Of a stretch of 18,311 nt of DNA, positions 1-7,657 are shown piece by piece. The translations under genes were made by a program, and so were the position numbers. Within the stretch, counting starts at the first letter, position 1, and each line of letters starts with the position of its first letter. Origin of the DNA: Candidatus Thorarchaeota archaeon (lineage in GTDB: Archaea; Asgardarchaeota; Thorarchaeia; Thorarchaeales; Thorarchaeaceae). The stretch covers positions 1-18,311 of the forward strand of contig JBHLRQ010000064.1 in the NCBI GenBank assembly GCA_048882385.1, written 5' to 3'. The notes below the pieces were generated by a model. That model worked only from the letters and a program-made list of their open reading frames with translations. It ran no database searches and was not told where the DNA came from.

Positions 1-17
1 TAACCACTCAATCTCAA

Positions 18-32
18 TTTCCGTCACGGAAA
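18..32. repeat. Perfect 7-bp inverted repeat TTTCCGT-C-ACGGAAA
   Basis: Read directly from the sequence upstream of the ArsR gene; function unknown. Confidence 0.5.
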
Positions 33-47
33 GCTTTTTGTGCTATT

Positions 48-75
48 ATTTGAATGTTTGAACAACTATTCAAAT
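48..75. promoter_or_regulatory. SmtB/CzrA-type metalloregulator operator
   Basis: TTTGAA-caacta-TTCAAA (57-74) fits the TGAA-N6-TTCA core of SmtB/CzrA operators. An overlapping inverted repeat ATTTGAAT (48-55)/ATTCAAAT (68-75) is also present. The site lies about 10 nt upstream of the ArsR-family gene. Confidence 0.75.
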
Positions 76-84
76 GAGTGAGAT

Positions 85-411
85 GTGTTGACTAAATTAA
101 AACAAATTTCAGAGTCTGAGGAATTTGAGGAAACTGAAATGAGCGACATGATCAGCATCTTCAAGTCACTCTCAGATCCGTCAAGAATTCGAATCATATC
201 TGTTCTAAGCAGGCAACAAGATATGTCTGTCAGTGATATTGCGAATCATCTTGATCTTGAGATAAGTCTTGTAAGTCACCATCTCAGTACGTTGAGACTT
301 CAGGGATTCGTAAAATACCGGAAAGAAAAGAGACAGGTATTCTATAGCATTGATGATGACTGTATAATCGATATTCTACAGAGGGCAAGAGATCATGTCG
401 CAGGAAGTTAG
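85..411 (+). CDS. ArsR/SmtB-family metal-sensing transcriptional repressor
   Basis: FKSLSDPSRIRII, HTH segment SVSDIANHLDLEISLVSHHLSTLR, wing RKEKRQVFYS and an alpha5-like segment DDC...DH. Its 3' end overlaps the ATPase start. Confidence 0.93.
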   Translation: MLTKLKQISESEEFEETEMSDMISIFKSLSDPSRIRIISVLSRQQDMSVSDIANHLDLEISLVSHHLSTLRLQGFVKYRKEKRQVFYSIDDDCIIDILQRARDHVAGS

Positions 412-2305
412 TACTGATACCTGTGCATCCTGTGCAACAACTGCAGGTGTAGAGACTCAAAGATCAAAACGATACAAGTATACAATGGCAATTCTATCAG
501 CATCTACTCTAGCAATTGGCATATTATTTGAGTTACTCTCTTTTGAGGTCATCGTGCTTTATGCAATATTCATTATTTCTATGTTATCAGCGGGACAGTT
601 CATAATTCCAAGAGGTGTGAGAGGTCTCATTCATTTACACCTCGATATGCACTTTCTTATGAGTTCTGCTTCAATTGGAGCCTTCATAATTGGTGCACCT
701 GCAGAGGGGGCAGCGGTTATGTTCCTATTCTACATATCCATGCTGCTTGAGGAACGAGCAGAGGATCAAGTAAAGAGAGAGATACAGAGTCTTGTGGAAT
801 TAGAACCACAAACAGTCACAATCCGTTTGAAGGGAGCAGAAGCATGTATCCCACCAACAGAAGCACAAAGAGGAGACATTCTGATTGTGCGGCCAGGTTC
901 TAGGATTGGACTAGATGGAATAGTTGTTTCTGGTTCAACCTCTGTGAATCAAGCTCCGATAACAGGAGAATCTGTTCCTGTTTCCAAAGTGGTTGGTGAT
1001 CAGGTCTATGCTGGCACGATAAATAATGAAGGATATATTGAAGTTGAAGTCACCAATGAATCGAACGACACGGTACTCTCAAGAATCGTCACTCTAGTTG
1101 AAGAAGCAAAAAGCAAGAAAGCTCCTACTGAGAAATTAATCTCACGATTTTCGAAAGTATATACTCCTATAATGGTAATACTCACGATACTGCTTGGTTT
1201 GGTATCCTTGATTCTTGGGGCATCACTTATTGAAGCAACATATCGAGCATTGACTTTACTTGTGATCAGTTGTCCATGTGCATTTGTTGTGTCTATCCCT
1301 GTCAGCATGGTCTCTTCAATTGCTGGTTCCGCAAGAGATGGTGTTCTTGTGAAAGGAGGAATTCACATCGAACAGTTAGCAAAAACCAAAGTAGTTGCAT
1401 TTGATAAAACAGGCACTCTTACGGAAGGAGTACTATCAGTCAGTGATGTGTGTCTGCACAATGAACATACTCGATCCAAGGTCCTTTCAGTTGCCGCATC
1501 CATTGAGCAAAAGTCAGAACATCCAATTGCACGAGCCTTGGTGTCAGCTCTTGAAGAAGAAAAGATGCACATAACAGAAACTGGAGATTTTCTTGCATTT
1601 CCTGGAAAGGGAGTAGGGGGACAGATTGGGGAGAATAGATACCTTGTTGGTAATCGTCGACTTCTGGATGATGAAAAGATACCATTAGTCAGACTATCAG
1701 AACATAGCTGTGGAATTGGTACTATGGTATATGTTGCTGAAGAGTCTGAACATCTTGGAACTATTGTTTTGTCTGATACTTTGAGACCAGGATCATCTGA
1801 AGCAATACATGAGCTAAAACTGATGAATATTAACACATTCATGCTAACAGGTGACAGCAGAGATTCTGCGGAAAAAATAGCTGCAGAGATTGGAATTGAC
1901 GAGTGGCAAGCTGAACTTCTTCCTGAAGAGAAGGTCGCGACAATAGATGACCTCCGAAGAGTTGGTTCAACAATTATGGTCGGAGATGGAATCAATGATG
2001 CACCTGCATTGGCTGCAGCTAATGTTGGTGTTGCAATGGGAGCTGTTGCATCAGACGCAGCTTTAGAAACATCTGACGTAGCTCTTATGGAACAAGACCT
2101 GACGAAAATTCCAGCTTTGATAAAGAAGGCAAGAAAGACTATGTCCATCGTTCGTCAGAACATCGGACTATCGATATCCATCAAGCTCATCACAGGAATT
2201 CTCGCTGCGCTGGGTCTCGTTAATCTTTGGTTTGCAATAGGAATTGGAGACATGGGTCTAACTTTTGCTGTTATTGTGAATGCATTAAGGCTGGTTCGCA
2301 AGTAG
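395..2305 (+). CDS. zntA: P1B-2 heavy-metal (Zn/Cd/Pb) translocating P-type ATPase
   Basis: TGES, CPC, DKTGTLT, SEHP and GDGINDAPALA motifs. P1B-2 signature T-x5-QN-x7-K (TMSIVRQNIGLSISIK) and D-x-G in the last helix. Short N-terminal CASC. Confidence 0.93.
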   Translation: MSQEVSTDTCASCATTAGVETQRSKRYKYTMAILSASTLAIGILFELLSFEVIVLYAIFIISMLSAGQFIIPRGVRGLIHLHLDMHFLMSSASIGAFIIGAPAEGAAVMFLFYISMLLEERAEDQVKREIQSLVELEPQTVTIRLKGAEACIPPTEAQRGDILIVRPGSRIGLDGIVVSGSTSVNQAPITGESVPVSKVVGDQVYAGTINNEGYIEVEVTNESNDTVLSRIVTLVEEAKSKKAPTEKLISRFSKVYTPIMVILTILLGLVSLILGASLIEATYRALTLLVISCPCAFVVSIPVSMVSSIAGSARDGVLVKGGIHIEQLAKTKVVAFDKTGTLTEGVLSVSDVCLHNEHTRSKVLSVAASIEQKSEHPIARALVSALEEEKMHITETGDFLAFPGKGVGGQIGENRYLVGNRRLLDDEKIPLVRLSEHSCGIGTMVYVAEESEHLGTIVLSDTLRPGSSEAIHELKLMNINTFMLTGDSRDSAEKIAAEIGIDEWQAELLPEEKVATIDDLRRVGSTIMVGDGINDAPALAAANVGVAMGAVASDAALETSDVALMEQDLTKIPALIKKARKTMSIVRQNIGLSISIKLITGILAALGLVNLWFAIGIGDMGLTFAVIVNALRLVRK

Positions 2306-2313
2306 TTGCATTA

Positions 2314-3891
2314 TTACTTGTAAGAATTCAATGAATACACTGATGCTGCAAGAAAAACAAAGACTAGACTCAACGTGAAGATTGGAAGAACCAGAAGTAC
2401 ATAATATGTATCTGCGAGAATGGCGACAAGATATACCATTATTGTTCCTAAACTCAGGTTGATAATTGGGAAAGAAAATGCTAGAGGAACAGGAAGCGTT
2501 TGTGGATCATTTGTCATTACTGGAACATAAGAACCAATGAGATTACCAGTGGCTGTAAAAAGTAGCACAAGTGGACCAGTTAGAGTTATGATTGCTAGAT
2601 AGCCCTCAATGTGTAAAAGATATATCAAGAAACCACAGGCTGGAACAACTGTGATTACAACTTCAAAAAGGCTGAGTAGATACTTTGCTAGGATAATATC
2701 ACGAGGTCTGAATGGTGAAGCTTTCAGCAGATAGACATTTTCTCGTTCATCTGCAAAGCTAAGCATCGATGTGACACTCCCCATTTGTACAAACATAATC
2801 ATCAATAGGATAAATGCAGGTACAATAGCAAATGCAAGTCCTGATGGTATCTCAAGTGTAGGAAACCATGAAGGTCTGACTATATTAAGAAATAGAATAA
2901 ACAAGGTTCCGAAAATTGCATAGATATACTTCCATATCTGCATCGGTGATCGTAGTCGACTCCAAAAATCTTTCAACATAATCCAAATCATTGGGTCATT
3001 AAAACGTGAATTGGAAAAGTCAACTTCACCATGTATTATCCTGCTGAAACGACCTTCAGTTTGCTCCTGACCCTTTATTGCAGCAAAGATCTCATAGTAT
3101 TCATATCCTGTGAGATTTGCGACAAGAAGCAGACAGATTGCAAAGTCGTTAATTATCAAAATGACACTCCAAAAGGGATCCACTCCCTGCGCGAATAGAC
3201 CTGTAAACTCGGTTAATGTAAGAGCCAAAGCGTTTGATGGGAAAACCAAAACAGCTTGGAAATTCTCAATGAGCCAAGGAGAAGCAGGGAGCAATACAAG
3301 TAAAACCAATCCGATAACCAGAAAATGTCGTAGTGGATTAGATGTCCTTCTAGAAATCCAAAGACGGGCATATGAGCTCATTGCACCAAGTAGATAATTG
3401 ATTTCGAGAAAGAGAATGACAATCACAATGACGGTAGCTACGGTAAAGAAAAGAAATCCTGCGGAATTTAAGAGCGGAAATATTGATAGTAAACCAAGGA
3501 CAATGAAAGAGATTTTACGTAGTACCCGACGGCCATAACGGCTTAGAAAGAGTTGATGCGGTTTTACTGGCATAGACATCATAAGACTCTCATCGATATT
3601 TGTGAGGACAGCAGCAGGACCAATACCAAAGTATCCACTCACCACAGCTGTAGCGCTGAGGACAGCAATAGCAGCATAAACCATCCAAACATCAATCGTA
3701 TCTTCTAGGAGAGTACTGATTCTTCCAATTAGGGGGGTGAATGTAATAAGACTCGATATAACTGAGCTTACAAACAGGACACCAAAGAATGTGATACCAT
3801 AGAACATAAGCATACTTGGAGTTGTGAGTGCAGACCTGAACTGGTTGTACAACATTCGAAACTCATTCTTGAGAAGTTTGAATGTTGTCAT
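2314..3891 (-). CDS. ABC exporter permease (multi-pass, two ABC-2-like halves)
   Basis: Highly hydrophobic 525 aa protein with repeated permease-like motifs (LMMSMPVKPHQLFLSR and LLKASPFRPRDIILAK). Lies 10 nt downstream of the ABC ATPase on the same strand. Confidence 0.78.
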   Translation of the reverse strand: MTTFKLLKNEFRMLYNQFRSALTTPSMLMFYGITFFGVLFVSSVISSLITFTPLIGRISTLLEDTIDVWMVYAAIAVLSATAVVSGYFGIGPAAVLTNIDESLMMSMPVKPHQLFLSRYGRRVLRKISFIVLGLLSIFPLLNSAGFLFFTVATVIVIVILFLEINYLLGAMSSYARLWISRRTSNPLRHFLVIGLVLLVLLPASPWLIENFQAVLVFPSNALALTLTEFTGLFAQGVDPFWSVILIINDFAICLLLVANLTGYEYYEIFAAIKGQEQTEGRFSRIIHGEVDFSNSRFNDPMIWIMLKDFWSRLRSPMQIWKYIYAIFGTLFILFLNIVRPSWFPTLEIPSGLAFAIVPAFILLMIMFVQMGSVTSMLSFADERENVYLLKASPFRPRDIILAKYLLSLFEVVITVVPACGFLIYLLHIEGYLAIITLTGPLVLLFTATGNLIGSYVPVMTNDPQTLPVPLAFSFPIINLSLGTIMVYLVAILADTYYVLLVLPIFTLSLVFVFLAASVYSLNSYK

Positions 3892-3901
3892 TTAATGCCC
3901 C

Positions 3902-4813
3902 CTACTCAGGAATACCGCCAGTCAGACCCAGGAAGACTTCTTCAAGGGATTCTGCTCCTGGTTGAAGTTCAAGCAATTCTTCAAGAGTACCTTTGCCAAC
4001 GACATCACCTTCATTCATTATGACGAATCTATCACAAAGGTCAGTTGCAACTTCTAGAATGTGAGTAGAAACCAGAATTGCTGAACCTTTATCCTTTAGT
4101 TGTTTCAGTAGTTTCTTCAGATTCCAGGCTCCTCGTGGGTCAAGCCCATAAATTGGTTCATCTAAAGCGAGTATGTAAGGAGGTTCTCTCACAAAAATCC
4201 CGATCAACAGAGCTCTTTGTAGGTTTCCTTTTGATAGAGTGCCTATATAGGAGTCTATGAATTCATCAAATTGAAATAGTTCAACATATTTCCTTGTTCT
4301 AATCAGGGCTGTTTCTTGAGGAACATTGTATATGCGAGCTACAAAGGCAATGTATTCTCTAGAGGTTAAGCTAGGATAGCAAGTTGGCTTTTCAGGGATG
4401 TACCCAATCCGTGACTTGGCTTGTAAAGGAGATTGTCGAATATCATAACCATTCACATGAATTTGACCACCTGTCGCACGAATGATGCCGGTCAACATTC
4501 GAAGCGTTGTTGTTTTTCCAGCCCCATTGGGACCAACTAACCCTAGAATCTCTCCAGGATGTACTTCGAGATTGAGTTTCTTTACAGCAACAGTCTTTCC
4601 AAACGTCTTAGTAACTTTTTCCAACTTGATTGCTGGATTATGAAGCTCTATCTTTGGAACAACCTCAGGCGTTCTTTTAACGAGCTCTTCCATGAGCTCG
4701 TTGATTAGCCAACTACGCTGAATAGTACGTTTTGTAATTGGCACCTTCAGTACACGAGCCAAATTGATCAGTTCGTCGCCTTTCATACGTTCGATGTCAA
4801 CACGATCAATCAA
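3902..4813 (-). CDS. ABC transporter ATP-binding protein (exporter type) with N-terminal helical extension
   Basis: Walker A GPNGAGKTT, signature LSKGNLQR, Walker B ILALDEP and H-loop STH. TTG start at 4813; an alternative ATG is at 4786. Confidence 0.93.
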   Translation of the reverse strand: MIDRVDIERMKGDELINLARVLKVPITKRTIQRSWLINELMEELVKRTPEVVPKIELHNPAIKLEKVTKTFGKTVAVKKLNLEVHPGEILGLVGPNGAGKTTTLRMLTGIIRATGGQIHVNGYDIRQSPLQAKSRIGYIPEKPTCYPSLTSREYIAFVARIYNVPQETALIRTRKYVELFQFDEFIDSYIGTLSKGNLQRALLIGIFVREPPYILALDEPIYGLDPRGAWNLKKLLKQLKDKGSAILVSTHILEVATDLCDRFVIMNEGDVVGKGTLEELLELQPGAESLEEVFLGLTGGIPE

Positions 4814-4909
4814 ATATGAGTACGCTCCCGCCTAATATGACCCCTTTCAAGCATGAATCCTTTTTTTATTCTTCGCCAATATCAACTAGCTGGTTTGCGT
4901 ACAACCGTA

Positions 4910-5620
4910 CTATTTCTGAAAATAGTAATCAAGTTCATACGGTATCTTTCGGATAAACCTCAGATTCCAATCAACCACTTCGGTAATCAAAGGATAGATT
5001 TCAACCCCTCCAGAATGAGCTTTGCGAAGGGCATCGCCAAACAAAGGATCAGTCCTATCATTGGGAGAAAAGACAAGTGCATCAGGTCTTTGAATAACAA
5101 ATATTATCGCAGCTCTTGAAGCAGATCCATCTTTTAGTGAAGCTGCAAGGTGCATAAGATGACGAGTACCACGAATAGTAGGAGCATCAGGGAAAATAGC
5201 TCTTCCATCCTCAACAAGAGTGCAGGATTTTATCTCGATGTATGTAATTCCTTCAGGTCCTTCTAGTTTGAAGTCGAAACGCCCATCATATGCGCAGGGT
5301 TCCGAAATTACTTGATCATAGTTTGCAAAGAAAGGAAGTCTATGAGATAGGAGAAGTTTTTTGATGAATCTGTTGGGAAGATTGGAATCGATCGAAACCA
5401 ACACACCATTATATTCTATACCAATCATATCAAAGTCAGTCTTTCGATGAGGAGCCACGTTCTCTCGAAGGTAGATTTCATTTCCAGGAACCATAAACTC
5501 ATACATACGACCGGGATTAGGAATGAAAACCTCAGTTTCTTTGTTTTCAAGTTTCACTATACCTAGGAATCGATTGGGTCGTTCAATGAGAGTTGCCTTT
5601 CTGATTCTAGGATTCTCCAT
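4910..5620 (-). CDS. sfsA: DNA/RNA nuclease SfsA (sugar fermentation stimulation protein A)
   Basis: RPNRF, PNPGRM, RFDF...EIKSCTL (PD-(D/E)xK type), FPDAPTIRGTRHL and DPLFGDAL...GVEI motifs characteristic of SfsA. Confidence 0.95.
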   Translation of the reverse strand: MENPRIRKATLIERPNRFLGIVKLENKETEVFIPNPGRMYEFMVPGNEIYLRENVAPHRKTDFDMIGIEYNGVLVSIDSNLPNRFIKKLLLSHRLPFFANYDQVISEPCAYDGRFDFKLEGPEGITYIEIKSCTLVEDGRAIFPDAPTIRGTRHLMHLAASLKDGSASRAAIIFVIQRPDALVFSPNDRTDPLFGDALRKAHSGGVEIYPLITEVVDWNLRFIRKIPYELDYYFQK

Positions 5621-5766
5621 TACTGCTTGTCTCCATTTGTTTGTACACCAATTGTTCTTCTAAAATACATTCAGATGGAGGAGGTTGACGCGAAAACCTA
5701 TTACGAAAATTGAGTACATGTAACTGCTGCGAGTCGTTCTGAATTAGTTGGAAGGGAGAGGTCAAG

Positions 5767-6387
5767 TTGGAAACACGAGTCCTTCTTGTTGATGATGACA
5801 TGGAGCTCCTAGATATTGCTAGAATTCTTTTACAACAGAAGAATCCCGATTTGGAAATTGTTGTAGCCACGTCGGTGAAGGAAGCACTTGAGAAATTAGA
5901 TGATGAAACATTCGATGTGATAGTTTGTGATTTCCTCATGCCAGATTCGACAGGATTGGACCTGCTTGAAGCGCTCAGAGCCGCGGATAATAATATTGGA
6001 TTTGTAATTTGGACAGGTCACTCAAGTGAAGAAGTGGCAATTAAAGCACTAAATTTAGGCGCTGATCATTACATTCTGAAAAGTACAGACTATCGAAACC
6101 AATTTTCTACAATCAAGGACATAATTCATGAAGTTCTCCTTCATAAAGAGGACAAAGGAAAAGTTTCTCCCAAGATCACCCAAGAAGATGCAAGTAAATT
6201 CATTCACAAGCTTTCTCATGATGTTACTGGGATTGCTCATAACATCATGGGTTACGCAACACTCCTGGAGGAAGAAATCAATCCAGAATACATTCAGGGT
6301 ATCTCCCGATTGGTTTCTAAATTGAATGACAGAATCAAACGGGCTGTCACAGAAATCGATGAAGAAACACTTGTCAAAAGATCCTAG
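5767..6387 (+). CDS. Response regulator receiver domain fused to a HisKA/DHp-like helical domain, with no HATPase domain
   Basis: REC motifs LLVDDD, CDFLMP (phospho-Asp), WTG and YILK. C-terminal H-box-like FIHKLSHDVTGIAHNIMGYATLL. TTG start preceded by GGGAGAGG. Confidence 0.88.
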   Translation: METRVLLVDDDMELLDIARILLQQKNPDLEIVVATSVKEALEKLDDETFDVIVCDFLMPDSTGLDLLEALRAADNNIGFVIWTGHSSEEVAIKALNLGADHYILKSTDYRNQFSTIKDIIHEVLLHKEDKGKVSPKITQEDASKFIHKLSHDVTGIAHNIMGYATLLEEEINPEYIQGISRLVSKLNDRIKRAVTEIDEETLVKRS

Positions 6388-7484
6388 AGGAATTCAGTCA
6401 AACATGCTTGCTCAGAAGCTTCACTCAAACCTGATACTTTTACACCAATGAGCCTCAGAGATTTTTCACGATCCCTGCTGTGTTCGAATATTTCTACAGC
6501 CAATCGATTTAGAAGTTCAGAATCATCAGATTCAACAGGAATGCTTCTACTTCTTTGAATTGTGAAATAATCACTGTAACGAATTTTAATTGTTACAGTT
6601 CTAAACCGCAATTCCTTTTTTCTGAGTCGTTCTCCAATCCGATCACACATTTTCTTGAGAACAGTATGCACGTAGTCCATGGCATCCGGTTCTATATCCT
6701 CCATGAAGGTTCTGTCTTTACTGATAGATTTCCTTATTCTCGGACCATTATCAATGATTGGTCGCTCATCGATACCTCTGGCTCGGCGATACAACCAACC
6801 GGAAGAACGACCCATGGCTGGCCACAACTCTGGAATGGTCATCTTCTGAATCTGACCAAGAGATGAGATACCAAACTTTGCCAGTCGCTCTGCAGTCTTT
6901 TTTCCAATACCGTTGATTGCATCAACAGGAAGTGGTTCAAGAAATCTCATGACATCTGATGGATCGGGACCAACAATTGTGATGCCTCGTGGTTTGTTCA
7001 TACCTGTCGCTACTTTAGCAACAGCCATATTTGGAGCAACTCCAATCGAACAGGGGAGCTTTGCGTTATGCCAGATCGACTCCTGTATCATTGAAGCGAG
7101 TTTGTGAGGACCTCCAAATAACTGGACACCGTCTGTAACTTCTATATACGCTTCATCAATACTTGCACGTCTAATTCGTTCTCCATCAGCGTATTCACGT
7201 AACAATTCCATGAATTCATCAGAAGCAATACCGTAGCTTTCAAATTCTCCTTCCACAAAAGCTGCTTCAGGACATAACCTGTAAGCTTGTGAAACCGGCA
7301 TTCCAGATCGAATTCCCTTTGCCCTTGCTTCATATGATGCCGCTCGGACAACACCTCTTCCCTTTCCACCCTTGGGATCATGTCCAACACAAACAGGTCT
7401 ACCAGCTAACTCAGGATGATTCCTATATTGCTCAACAGATGCAAAAAATGCATCCATATCAACATGCATGACCCAACGTGACAT
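6384..7484 (-). CDS. dinB: Y-family DNA polymerase IV
   Basis: HVDMDAFFASVE, ASYEAR, SIDEAY, KPRG, GIGKKT, little-finger LRLIGV and C-terminal PIP-box-like QACLTEFL. Confidence 0.96.
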   Translation of the reverse strand: MSRWVMHVDMDAFFASVEQYRNHPELAGRPVCVGHDPKGGKGRGVVRAASYEARAKGIRSGMPVSQAYRLCPEAAFVEGEFESYGIASDEFMELLREYADGERIRRASIDEAYIEVTDGVQLFGGPHKLASMIQESIWHNAKLPCSIGVAPNMAVAKVATGMNKPRGITIVGPDPSDVMRFLEPLPVDAINGIGKKTAERLAKFGISSLGQIQKMTIPELWPAMGRSSGWLYRRARGIDERPIIDNGPRIRKSISKDRTFMEDIEPDAMDYVHTVLKKMCDRIGERLRKKELRFRTVTIKIRYSDYFTIQRSRSIPVESDDSELLNRLAVEIFEHSRDREKSLRLIGVKVSGLSEASEQACLTEFL

Positions 7485-7657
7485 TTACGACCCAGTTATT
7501 ATTGTAAATTATTCCAATAGCAGTTCTCCATACTAATCATAACCTTGAGTAGATAGATTGGTCTCAGGGAGATAACCGAACGTATTGATTATACATCGCA
7601 GAGAATCCTATATGGATTTTCGAAGTTCAGTATCAATCAAAGGCAGATTAATCATGA

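Noticed and set aside
1006-2148. Antisense ORFs of 100, 261 and 81 aa inside the P-type ATPase
   Set aside because: Shadow ORFs of a well-conserved gene, with no recognisable motifs.
4853-5939. ORFs 4853-5119 (+) and 5607-5939 (-)
   Set aside because: They lie largely antisense to sfsA and the REC gene respectively, and have no protein-like features.
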